From positions 672,001-736,000 of the forward strand of contig OY970320.1 in assembly GCA_963716745.1 (NCBI GenBank): 64,000 nt of DNA, read 5' to 3'. The position numbers and the translations under genes were made by a program. Below, piece after piece: positions 9,953 to 21,528 of this stretch; within the stretch, counting starts at the first letter, position 1, and every line of letters begins with the position of its first letter. The notes below the pieces were generated by a model, which was not told the DNA's origin, made no database searches, and worked only from the letters and a program-made list of their open reading frames with translations. Source of the DNA: an uncultured Gemmatimonadaceae bacterium (GTDB taxonomy: Bacteria; Gemmatimonadota; Gemmatimonadetes; Gemmatimonadales; Gemmatimonadaceae).

Positions 9953-10878
9953 CGCAGATCGTTGTTGGCGTTGATGCGGGAGGCAGTCACACGCGCGTGC
10001 GCGTGGCCGATGACAGCGGCGAGCCGCTGGGCAGCGCCGAGGGCGCAGCGGGTGCGATGCGCCCGGGCGAAGCGGACCGCGCCGCCGACGCGATCGTGGA
10101 TTGCCTGCGCGATGCGCTGGCAAGTTGCGACATGGGGAACGTCGTGCCGCGCGTACTGTGCGTGGGCGCGGCGGGCGCCGGGCGGGATCCCGAGCGCCTC
10201 GCGCTGTGGGAAGCATTGAGCGCTCGCGGGATCGCGGAGGATGTCGTGGTGCACACCGACGCCGAGACTGCGTTCGATGATGCGTTCGGCGACAACGCGG
10301 GGATCCTGCTGCTCGCGGGTACGGGCTCGATGGCATATGGGCGTGGCCCCACGGGTGTGATCGCACGCGCGGGTGGATGGGGACCGATGTGTGGTGACGA
10401 AGGCGGCGGCGCGTGGATCGGGCGGCGTGCGTTATCGGCGGTCACCGCCTCCGTGGACGGCCGCGAGCCGGAGACCGCGCTCCTTGGCGCCGTGCTCACC
10501 GCGTGCGAGCTGACCGACGCCGAACAGTTGATCGCCTGGAGCGCGAGTGCGTCGCTCGGGAAGATCGCGACGCTGGCGCCCGTGGTCGCGCGCGTGGCCG
10601 ACGCAGGTGACATGCGGGCCAACGCCTTGATCACGCTTGGCATTGAGGAGCTGGTGCTGCACGTGCGCACGTTGGCGCGGTCACTCTTCGGCGACGAACG
10701 GGCGTCGTGCCCGGTGGCGCTGGCGGGCGGACTCATCGGGCCGGGGCGGCCGCTGCGCAAACGGATCGAGCGGCGGCTGAAGAGTGCGGTGCCGGGAGTG
10801 CAACTCCACGCGGGCGAAGTGATCGCGGTGAGAGGCGCGGTGCGCGGGGCGCTGAGGCACCTGGGAGTACACAGCTAA
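9949..10878 (+). CDS. BadF/BadG/BcrA/BcrD-family sugar kinase (GlcNAc/MurNAc kinase-like)
   Basis: VGVDAGGSHT, LLAGTGS, RAGGWGPMCGDEGGGAWIG; ATGA overlap with the SSS gene. Confidence 0.88.
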   Translation: MTQIVVGVDAGGSHTRVRVADDSGEPLGSAEGAAGAMRPGEADRAADAIVDCLRDALASCDMGNVVPRVLCVGAAGAGRDPERLALWEALSARGIAEDVVVHTDAETAFDDAFGDNAGILLLAGTGSMAYGRGPTGVIARAGGWGPMCGDEGGGAWIGRRALSAVTASVDGREPETALLGAVLTACELTDAEQLIAWSASASLGKIATLAPVVARVADAGDMRANALITLGIEELVLHVRTLARSLFGDERASCPVALAGGLIGPGRPLRKRIERRLKSAVPGVQLHAGEVIAVRGAVRGALRHLGVHS

Positions 10879-10881
10879 AGA

Positions 10882-10999
10882 GCCGGGAACCGATTACCGG
10901 GAACCGGTGATGCATAACAACGCATGGAGTACTACCTCGCGCGAGGTCGTACTCCATGCGTTTTCATGCCATACCGGTTCCCGGAAATCGGTTCCCGGC
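10882..10999. repeat. long inverted repeat between convergent genes
   Basis: Outer arms CCGGGAA-CCGATTA-CCGGGAA-CCGGT (7-nt period) with their complement; inner near-perfect 44-nt palindrome AACGCATGGAGTAC...GTACTCCATGCGTT. Confidence 0.9.
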
Positions 11000-11001
11000 C
11001 G

Positions 11002-12258
11002 TTATGCAGGATTCTCCGTGGACGCGTGGAACTCTCCCTCCCATTGCGCCATGACAACAGTGGCCAAACAATTCCCCACGAGATTGATCGACGTCCGCGC
11101 CATGTCCATGATCGCGTCCACGCCGAGGATCACGGCAACGCCCTGGAGCGGTAGCCCGAACGTCGCGAGCGCGCCGGAGAGGATCACGAGTGACGCGCGC
11201 GGCACCGCGGCGACGCCCTTCGACGTGAGCATCAGCGTGAGCATCATGATCAACTGATTGCTGAGCGACATGTCGATGCCGGCGGCCTGCGCGACGAATA
11301 CGCTCGCCACGGCCAAGTACAGCGTGCTGCCGTCGAGGTTGAACGAATAACCGGTGGGCATCACGAAGGCCACGATGCGCCGCGGCACGCCGAACTGCTC
11401 CATGACTTCCATCGCGCGCGGCAGCGCGGCCTCGCTGCTCGCAGTGGAGAACGCGATGAGCGCCGGCTCCTTCACCGTCTTGATGAACCGCTTGAGCGGC
11501 ACCTTGGCGATCAGCGCAACCGGCACGAGCACGAAGATGATGAATACCGCCAGCGCGCCGTAGAGCGTGAGCACGAGCAGGCCGAGGTACTTGAACACGC
11601 CGAGTCCGCTCTTCCCCACGGTGACCGCGATCGCCGCGCCGATGCCGATCGGCGCGAATCCCATCACGAGATTGGTGAACTTGAACATGATCTCGGAAAG
11701 CGACTCACAGAATCGCAGCATCGTCTGTTTGGGCGCATCCGATGCCTTGGAGACCGCGACGCCGAAGAGCACCGCGAAGAACACGATCTGGAGCACCTCG
11801 TTGTTCGCCGCCGCCTCCGCGAAGCTCTGCGGCACAATGTGCTCGAGCACGTTCGCGATCGTCACCTGGTGCCCCGCGAGTTCCTTGCCCGGCGCGTCGG
11901 ACGCCGCGGTGATGTTCACGCCGACGCCCGGCTTCACCCAGTTCACCGCGATGAGTCCCACCGCGAGCGCGAGCGTGGTCACGATCTCGAAGTAGATGAT
12001 CGAGCGCAGCGCCAAACGTCCCACGCGCTTCATATCGTCGCCGTGCCCCGCAATCCCCACGACGAGCGTGCTGAAGATCAGCGGCACGATCAGCAGCTTG
12101 ATCATCCGCAGGAACACGGTGCTCAGCGGCTTGAGCGAAGTGGCGGTGAATGCATTCGCCGCGGCGCCCGCATCGGGGAACAGCGCGCCGATGATCGTGC
12201 CGAGGATCATCGCGATGATGATCCACTGGGTGAGGGAAAGTTTCCGGAGGAAACTCAC
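11002..12258 (-). CDS. dicarboxylate/amino acid:cation symporter (DAACS, GltP/DctA-like)
   Basis: FLRMIKLLIVPLIF, AFSTASSEAALP, GYSFNLDGS, SKGVAAVP, MDMARTSIN. Confidence 0.93.
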   Translation of the reverse strand: MSFLRKLSLTQWIIIAMILGTIIGALFPDAGAAANAFTATSLKPLSTVFLRMIKLLIVPLIFSTLVVGIAGHGDDMKRVGRLALRSIIYFEIVTTLALAVGLIAVNWVKPGVGVNITAASDAPGKELAGHQVTIANVLEHIVPQSFAEAAANNEVLQIVFFAVLFGVAVSKASDAPKQTMLRFCESLSEIMFKFTNLVMGFAPIGIGAAIAVTVGKSGLGVFKYLGLLVLTLYGALAVFIIFVLVPVALIAKVPLKRFIKTVKEPALIAFSTASSEAALPRAMEVMEQFGVPRRIVAFVMPTGYSFNLDGSTLYLAVASVFVAQAAGIDMSLSNQLIMMLTLMLTSKGVAAVPRASLVILSGALATFGLPLQGVAVILGVDAIMDMARTSINLVGNCLATVVMAQWEGEFHASTENPA

Positions 12259-12272
12259 GGCTGGCCTCGGCG

Positions 12273-13805
12273 CTAGGCGCTAGGTGGTTGCGCCTGCGCT
12301 TGGCCGCCCTTCAGCGTCGAGTGACCGTAGCCGTACGCGATGTACAGCGCCAAGCCGATCACGAGCCACACGCCGAAGCGGATCCATGTGACGCCCGGCA
12401 GTCCCTTCATCACGTACAAACATGCGGCCGCGCCACCGATCGTCGTGAACCAGAGGCCCGCCTTTCCGCCGGGAACGCGGAACGGGCGCGGGCGCTCGGG
12501 TTCCGTGTGGCGGAGCACCAGCACGCCGATGCACACGAGCACGAACGCGAACAGCGTGCCGATGTTCGTGAGGTCGTACGTCTCGCCGGCGTCGCCGATC
12601 ATGGCCCACGAGGCCACGAACACGCCCGTGAGGATCGTCGTGATGTACGGCGTGCGGTACTTACCGTGCACCTTGGCGGCAAATGGCGGCAGCAGACCAT
12701 CGCGAGCCATCGCGAAGAAGATGCGCGGCTGGCCGTATTGGAATACCAGGAGCACGGCGGTCATCGAGAACACCGCGCCGAACGCGACGATGCGCCCGAC
12801 GTTGTTCAGCCCCGCGAGCTGCAATGCCTTGGACAGTGGATCGGCCACGCCGAGCTGGCTCGTGGGTGCCATACCGGTGAGCACGGCTCCGACGATGATG
12901 TAGATGACGGTGCAGATCGCGAGTCCGCCCAGGATCCCGATGGGCATGTTCCGCTGGGGATCCTTCGTCTCCTCAGCGGCCGTGGAGATGCAGTCGAAGC
13001 CAATGTAGGCGAAGAAGACGATCGCGGCGCCCTGGTGGATCCCGTGCCAACCGTTGGGCGCGAACGGATGGTAATTCGCCGGTGTGATGTGCATGACGCC
13101 CACCGCCACGAACAGCGCGAGCACCACGAGCTTCACCGCCACCATGATGTTGTTCGCGCGAGCGCTCTCCCGCACGCCGAGCACGAGCAGCCACGTGATC
13201 AGCATGACGATCGCGGCCGCGGGAAGGTTGATCAGGATCGGAATGCCGAGGAAGTGCGGTGCGCTCTGCATCAATCCGTGGATCGCCGGATCCGAGCTGA
13301 GGAGCGCGGTGCGATACCCGGTGGTCATCCAATCGGGCAGTTGGAAGGCGCCCTGCATGAGCGTCTTGAAGTAGTCGCCCCACGAGATGGCGACCGCGAC
13401 GTTGCCCACCGCATACTCGAGGATAAGATCCCACCCGATGATCCACGCGACGATCTCGCCGAGCGTGGCATAGGAGTACGCATACGCGCTGCCGGCCTGC
13501 GGGATCATCGCCGCAAGCTCCGCGTAGCACAGCGCGGCCAATGCGCACACGACGCCCAGCAGCAGGAAGGAGAGCACGAGCGCCGGTCCAGCGCCGGCGC
13601 GAATGACCTCGCCATTGGGCCCGAGTTCGCCCGCCGCCGCCGTGCCGATCGCGCCGAAGATCCCGGCGCCGATCACGGCGCCGATCGCGAGCATGATGAG
13701 GTCGAGCGGCCCGAGCGCGCGCTTGAGGCCGTTCGGATTGTCGGCCTCCGCCATGAGCGCGGCGATCGGCTTGCGCGAGAAGAGCCTCTTGACGATTGAG
13801 CTCAT
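12273..13805 (-). CDS. APC-family amino acid permease (cationic amino acid transporter-like)
   Basis: GAVIGAGIF, YAELAAMIPQAGSAYAY, GWDLILEY, FFAYIGFD, PRIFFAMARDGLLP. Confidence 0.93.
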   Translation of the reverse strand: MSSIVKRLFSRKPIAALMAEADNPNGLKRALGPLDLIMLAIGAVIGAGIFGAIGTAAAGELGPNGEVIRAGAGPALVLSFLLLGVVCALAALCYAELAAMIPQAGSAYAYSYATLGEIVAWIIGWDLILEYAVGNVAVAISWGDYFKTLMQGAFQLPDWMTTGYRTALLSSDPAIHGLMQSAPHFLGIPILINLPAAAIVMLITWLLVLGVRESARANNIMVAVKLVVLALFVAVGVMHITPANYHPFAPNGWHGIHQGAAIVFFAYIGFDCISTAAEETKDPQRNMPIGILGGLAICTVIYIIVGAVLTGMAPTSQLGVADPLSKALQLAGLNNVGRIVAFGAVFSMTAVLLVFQYGQPRIFFAMARDGLLPPFAAKVHGKYRTPYITTILTGVFVASWAMIGDAGETYDLTNIGTLFAFVLVCIGVLVLRHTEPERPRPFRVPGGKAGLWFTTIGGAAACLYVMKGLPGVTWIRFGVWLVIGLALYIAYGYGHSTLKGGQAQAQPPSA

Positions 13806-13838
13806 GCGACCCCACGACCGAAGAAGGAAATGATAGCA

Positions 13839-13868
13839 GACCGGGCGGCCCCGAAGGACCGCCCGGTC
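13839..13868 (-). terminator. stem-loop downstream of hppA
   Basis: GACCGGGCGG...CCGCCCGGTC; no clear U tract. Confidence 0.45.
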
Positions 13869-13883
13869 ACCAACGTACTCGAA

Positions 13884-16301
<2,418 letters not shown>

Positions 16302-16334
16302 GAGGTCAGCGTTTGGGATAAAGGGTGTTCGCGT

Positions 16335-16358
16335 TCGGGACTCGGGACTCGGGATTCG
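16335..16358. repeat. short tandem heptamer repeat (TCGGGAC)x3, single arm
   Basis: tcgggac tcgggac tcgggat tcg, between the permease stop and the hppA start. Confidence 0.7.
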
Positions 16359-16372
16359 CTACTGCGACTTCA

Positions 16373-17831
16373 CTACGCCGCCTCGGCTTTGCGCCAGGCG
16401 TAGTACACGGGGATGCCCACGAGAACGAGCACGAGCCCCAGGAATGCTTGCACGCGCTTCGTCTCGGCGATCAGCAATACGACACACACCGTGCTGGCCA
16501 GAACGATGTAGAGCGCGGGGAGGAACGGATAGCCGATCGCGCGATACGGACGCGGCACGTCGGGACGCTTCGCGCGCAGCACGAAGAGGCCGATCGTCGT
16601 GAGGGCGTAGAAGAGGAGCGCGGCGAAGATCACGTAGTCGAGCAATTGGCCGTACGTGCCGCTCAGGCAGAGGAGCGAGGTCCAGATCGCCTGGGCCACG
16701 AGCGCGACGGCCGGCACGCTTCGCTTGCTCAGCACGCCCGCCTTCTTGAAGAACAACCCGTCCCGCGACATCGCGTAGTACACGCGGCTGCCCGAGAGGA
16801 TGAGCCCGTTGTTCGCGCCGAACGTGGAGATCAAGATCGCCACCGCCATCAGCGTCACGCCGCTCGCACCGAAGATCACCTCGGCGGCGGCGGTGCCCAC
16901 GCGGTCCTGCGACGCGAACTGGATGCCACGCGCCATGACGTCGGCGCCGTCCTTCGCACCGTGCAGCGGCAACGTGCTCAGATACGAGATGTTGGTCATC
17001 ACGTAGAGCACCGTCACGAGCAGTGTGCCCATCGCGAGCGCGCGCGGGAGGTTCCGCGCCGCATCCTTCACTTCGGCGGCCGCGAAGGTCACGTTGTTCC
17101 ACGCATCGCTCGAGAAGAGCGAGCCCACCATCGCGGCGCCGAACACCACGACGAAAGCTCCGGTCCACGTTCCGTGCGCCGTGAAATTCCCGGCGCCGAA
17201 ATTCGCGGCGACCGCCGTCGCGTTGCGGCCCACGGCGAGGCCCAGGATCACGAGCAGCGCGAGCGCGGCCGTCTTCACGAGTGTGAACGACGTTTGCACG
17301 AGCTTCCCCTCGCGCACGCCGCGGAGATTCACCCACGTCAGCACCCACACGCTCACGATCGCCACGACGCGCTGCGCGGTGAGGCCGAAGGTGATCGTGC
17401 CGCCCGGGATGGTCGTCTCGGCGTGCGGGAACCACGGGTACAGGTCCGGCGTGATCGCCGGCCAGAGCACCCCAAGGAAGCGCGCGAAGGCCACCGCCAC
17501 GGCAGCGATCGTGCCCGTCTGGATGATCGTGAAAAGGGTCCAGCCATAGAGGAAACCCATGAGTGGACCCATCGCTTCGCGGAGGAACACGTACTGCCCG
17601 CCGGCTCGCGGGTACATGGCCGCCATCTCGCCGTACGCGAGGGCGCCGAGCAGGGTCATGAGCCCCGAGAGCCCCCATACGCAAAGCAGCGAGCAGCGGA
17701 GAGCCGAGCGACCGCGAGATGTCCGCCGAGACGATGAAGATCCCCGATCCGATCATGGAGCCGGCCACGAGCATCGTCGCATCGGTGAGCGACATGGCCT
17801 TTACGAACTCGGAGGACGGCTCAGGGCTCAT
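16373..17831 (-). CDS. APC-family amino acid permease (LAT/SteT-like); frameshift near 17690
   Basis: N-terminus MSPEPSSEF...GSMIGSGIF in one frame; GALAYGEMAAMYPRAGGQY, DAWNNVTFAAAEVK, SRVYYAMSRDGLFF in the next. Confidence 0.88.
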
Positions 17832-17913
17832 CAAACCTCGGCTAACTGCTGTCTGGGGGCGCGTTTCGAGGCGGAAAACTAGCCCAGCGCGAGGGTGGAG
17901 GCTAGGGCGCGAT

Positions 17914-18025
17914 ACTACGCGGGAAGCGGGACGCGGGAAGCGCCGCGGGAGGCGAGAACTGACGTGGCGCTCATCGGTGGTTCTCGCATCCCGCGGCGCG
18001 TCCCGCGTCCCGCGTCCCGCGCAGT
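17914..18025. repeat. (GCGGGAM)3-arm palindromic element, copy 1
   Basis: GCGGGAAGCGGGACGCGGGAAGCGCCGCGGGA ... TCCCGCGGCGCGTCCCGCGTCCCGCGTCCCGC. Confidence 0.88.
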
Positions 18026-18860
18026 TACAGCTCCAAATCGTACGGGAACACCGACGCCACCGGCGTCCCGTCCCGCTTGTGCGCCGGCCGGAATTTGTAC
18101 TCGAGGCATTTCGCCCGGAGCAGCTTGTCGTAGCCGCGGTCACCCGAGGATTCGAATTCGACGCGCAGCACCTTGCCGTGGTCGTCGAGGGCGAACAGGA
18201 GCTTGAGTTTCTTGCCGCGCACGCTGTTCGGAGATGGGAGCGGCGGCAGGATGAGATACTCCGGCGTCGCGAGGTAGATATCGCCCCCCTCGCCGCCCGT
18301 CCCCGGCCCGTTCGCCGAGCCCGTGCCGGTGCCGACGCCCGTGCCGATCCCGCCGCCCGAGCCGGGGCCGTTGCCGCCCGTGCCGTCGGTGCCGCTGCCG
18401 CCGCCGGTTCCGGCGACCGGCGCGATCGCTTCCACCGGCGGCGGCGTGACGTCGAGCTTCACATCGATCTTCGCAACGGGCGGCACGATCTCCTTCGGCG
18501 GTGGCGGCGGTACGGGCTTGGGCGGCTGCGGCAGCTGCGAGCTGCTGCGCGGGCGGCGCCGCCGGCGGCTTCACGGCGAAGTAGCGCACGTGCTCCTCGC
18601 GGATCTCGCCGCCATTGCCGCGGTTCCCGCCGCCACCGCCGCCGACCGGGCCCAGCGCCGCCCGCGCCCTTCTCCACCACGAGCGCCACGTCGTGCTCGA
18701 AGAGCGGCACGAAGATCAGCAGGATGATCAGCAGGTGCATGAGCACCGACACGATGCCCCCGCCCCGCCCCTCGCGCCCCAATGGCAGGCCGAGTGGCGG
18801 TCGATAGCGGGGCTTCGGCGCCCCGCGCGCGGGAAGGTTCACTTGAACGTTGTCGGCCAT
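18025..18860 (-). CDS. TonB-like energy transducer; two frameshifts (~18645, ~18540)
   Basis: N-terminal TM with SxxxH (SVLMH), Pro-rich and Gly-rich linkers, C-terminal LFALDDHGKV...YKFRPA..DGTPV; reconstructed from three ORF fragments. Confidence 0.75.
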
Positions 18861-18906
18861 CGCTCCTCTGGGGCCGCGCGCAATGGATCTCGCGCTCACA
18901 CCCCCT

Positions 18907-18950
18907 AAAAATAATACGACGGACGAACCCGGAAGGTTCGTCCGTCGTAT
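18907..18950 (-). terminator. intrinsic terminator after exbD
   Basis: 16-bp stem ATACGACGGACGAACC/GGTTCGTCCGTCGTAT followed on the minus strand by TATTTTT. Confidence 0.8.
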
Positions 18951-18972
18951 GCCAGCGCTCGCGCGCCGGGGG

Positions 18973-19377
18973 TTACTTGGGCGGAATGCCGATGACCTTC
19001 ACGCCGGCACCGCGCGCCGCATCCATCGCCAACACCACATCCTGGTACTTCACGGCCGGATCGCCCTTCACGAAGATGATCTTCTCGGGGCGCTGGTCGT
19101 AAATATCCTTGAGCCGCGCCGCGAGCCCTGCCTGCGTCACATCTTCGCTGTTGATCTTGAACACGCCGTTCGGCAGCACCTGCAACACGATCTGTGGCGT
19201 CGGCGGTCCCGGCGGCGTGTTCTGCGGCGTCGGATCGGGCAGCTGCAGATCGATCGCCTTCCGCATCATCGGGATCGTCATCATGAAGATGATCAGCAGC
19301 ACCAGCAGCACGTCGATCATCGGCGTGACGTTGATATCGTTCGTGAGGCCGCCCCCGCCTCCAGTGGACATCGACAT
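18973..19377 (-). CDS. exbD: biopolymer transport protein ExbD/TolR
   Basis: INVTPMIDVLLVLLIIFM, IFVKGD..VKYQDVV. Confidence 0.93.
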   Translation of the reverse strand: MSMSTGGGGGLTNDINVTPMIDVLLVLLIIFMMTIPMMRKAIDLQLPDPTPQNTPPGPPTPQIVLQVLPNGVFKINSEDVTQAGLAARLKDIYDQRPEKIIFVKGDPAVKYQDVVLAMDAARGAGVKVIGIPPK

Positions 19378-19388
19378 AGTCTCGTCTC

Positions 19389-19850
19389 CTACGGCGTTGG
19401 GGGCTTCTTCTGATCCTCAGGCGCCGTACTCGATGTGCCCGGCGTCTGATCGCTGATCGCGCCGACCACCCGCACACCGTTGTGCGCGGCGATGTCGATC
19501 GCGTCCAGCACCTTGCTGTACTGCAGATCCCGGTCCGCCTTCAGGTACAGGATCTTGTCCGTCGTGCGTGCATCGAAGATCGCCTTCAATTGCTCGGCCA
19601 GTGTCTCGTTCTTGATCGGGCGCTTGTTGAGATAGTACTGGCCATCACGGTCGATCCCGAGCACTTGATCGTCGGGATCCTCCGGGTGCGACTTCAGATT
19701 GATGCCGACCGGCGGCTGCGCCGCGAAGCCGGCGTTGATGAGCGGCGTCACGATCATGAAGATGATCAGCAGCACGAGCATGACGTCGATCATCGGCGTC
19801 ACGTTCGGTTCCGCTTTGACTCCGCCCCCTCCTCCAGTGGACATCCCCAT
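19389..19850 (-). CDS. exbD: biopolymer transport protein ExbD/TolR
   Basis: PNVTPMIDVMLVLLIIFMI, LYLKADRDLQYSKV. Confidence 0.93.
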   Translation of the reverse strand: MGMSTGGGGGVKAEPNVTPMIDVMLVLLIIFMIVTPLINAGFAAQPPVGINLKSHPEDPDDQVLGIDRDGQYYLNKRPIKNETLAEQLKAIFDARTTDKILYLKADRDLQYSKVLDAIDIAAHNGVRVVGAISDQTPGTSSTAPEDQKKPPTP

Positions 19851-19878
19851 GGGATGATCTCCTCAGTGGAATGTCGGA

Positions 19879-20616
19879 CTACTGCGCGATCGGGCCGCCG
19901 CTTCCGCTCGCCGCGCTGAACTCGCGGGTGAAGCGCGAACGGCCGAACTCGCCGGCGACGCCCTTGATCAGATAGTCGATCATCTCCTTCGAGGTATACG
20001 TCATCTCGACCTGGAGATTGTCAATTTTCGTCGTGAAGTAGTTGTACGCCCACACCGCCGGGATCGCGACGACGAGACCGAAGGCCGTCGTGATCAGCGC
20101 CTCGGCCACACCGGCCGAGATCGCGCCGATGCCGCCCGCGCCGCTCTGCGCCATGCCCTGGAACGCGTTCACGATACCCATCGTCGTGCCGAGCAGACCC
20201 ACGAACGGCGCCGTGGCGCCGACGGTCGCGAGCACCGCGAGGCCGCGCTTCAGCTCCGCCAGGATGATCATCATGTTGCGCTCCACCGCGCGCTCCGCCG
20301 AGTTGATGTCGGACACGGTGACCGAGCCGTCCTGCAGCAGCGGCTTCACTTCGCCCAAGGCGCCGCCGAGCACGCGCGCGACGTGCGACTTCTTGTAGCT
20401 CTCCGCGAGCTTGATCGCCTCGTTGAGGTTGTCCTCTTCGAGGAACTGCGAGAACTCAGGCGCGAACTTGCGCGTCTCGGCCTGCGCCTTGCGCAGTCTC
20501 CACCACTTCTGGAGCATGATGGACATCGAGAAGAGCGACATCGCGAGGAGCGTGAACACGATCCCCTTCGCGAACCAGCCCATCGAGTTGTAGAGCGTAA
20601 TGAGTGAGATGTTCAT
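19879..20616 (-). CDS. exbB: MotA/TolQ/ExbB proton channel protein
   Basis: LATVGATAPFVGLLGTTMGI, GVAEALITTAFGLVVAIPA. Confidence 0.93.
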   Translation of the reverse strand: MNISLITLYNSMGWFAKGIVFTLLAMSLFSMSIMLQKWWRLRKAQAETRKFAPEFSQFLEEDNLNEAIKLAESYKKSHVARVLGGALGEVKPLLQDGSVTVSDINSAERAVERNMMIILAELKRGLAVLATVGATAPFVGLLGTTMGIVNAFQGMAQSGAGGIGAISAGVAEALITTAFGLVVAIPAVWAYNYFTTKIDNLQVEMTYTSKEMIDYLIKGVAGEFGRSRFTREFSAASGSGGPIAQ

Positions 20617-20651
20617 GGTGACGAGTCTCCCCTAGTGCGGAATGGAAGTGA

Positions 20652-21353
20652 TTACTTCTTCAGCGGTGCGAATGTGAACGGCTGCTGCACGACCTGCCGT
20701 ACCTTGTGGCCGCCGGCCTCGGCGGGGTAGAACTTGAGGAAGGGCAGGACGCGCTTCACTTCCTGTCCGAACAGCTCGTTCGATGCCTTGAGGATCTTGA
20801 ACGAATTCATCTCGGGATGGCCGAGCGTGTCGACCACGAACTGCACCAGTACTTCGCCGGCCACCTGCGCGTTCTGGAGGATCTCCGGATAGCGCGGCGA
20901 CGGATTGCCATCGCGCGCCAGTACCGGCTTCTCCACCTGGAACTCGAACAGCGGCTGGTCGGTGGGCGTGCCACCCACGACACCCTTGGACGTTCCGCCG
21001 GCGACTCCCTTTCCGCTGAAGTCGTTCTCGTCGGTCACGGCCTTGGAGAGATCGACATCCGGGATCTTGTCCGGGATGTTCACCGGCGCCTGCAAGAGCT
21101 GGAAGCCCTTGGGCGGCGGCGGCGCCGCGATCTCCTGCGGCGGTGGCGGCTTCTTCTCCTCGGGCGGCGGATCCTTCTTCGTCTCCGCGAACTTCACGTC
21201 CTCCGCGACCACTTTCTCGACGACCTTCTCCCCGGCGTGCAGGGTGACGACGACGAGCAGCGCGACGACGGCGACGTGGAGGAAGAGACTGAAGACCGTG
21301 CCAGTGACCTGGCGGTCCTTCGCCCGCTTCGATTCGATCAGGTTGTTGAACAT
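20652..21353 (-). CDS. tonB: energy transducer TonB
   Basis: TM with SLFLH, Pro-rich linker, C-terminal PRYP...GEVLVQFVVDTLG...FYPAEAGG; start MFNNLIES at 21353. Confidence 0.9.
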   Translation of the reverse strand: MFNNLIESKRAKDRQVTGTVFSLFLHVAVVALLVVVTLHAGEKVVEKVVAEDVKFAETKKDPPPEEKKPPPPQEIAAPPPPKGFQLLQAPVNIPDKIPDVDLSKAVTDENDFSGKGVAGGTSKGVVGGTPTDQPLFEFQVEKPVLARDGNPSPRYPEILQNAQVAGEVLVQFVVDTLGHPEMNSFKILKASNELFGQEVKRVLPFLKFYPAEAGGHKVRQVVQQPFTFAPLKK

Positions 21354-21464
21354 GCGTCGCTCACCTGAAGGTGAATGCTCCGGTGATACTGAGTTGCGGG
21401 AGAAAAGGTATGCGCGGTGGATTGAGGGGTAATGATTCAAACATTAAGAATTGGTGATAATAAA

Positions 21465-21527
21465 TGCGGACAACGGGCTGTCGGCTGTAGGCTGTCGCAG
21501 GCCACAGCCGACAGCCGACAGTCCGCA
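21465..21527. repeat. heptamer-arm inverted repeat (GGCTGTC / GACAGCC)
   Basis: ggctgtc ggctgta ggctgtc ... acagccg acagccg acag, closed by TGCGGAC/GTCCGCA, immediately after the kinase stop. Confidence 0.8.
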
Positions 21528-21528
21528 G

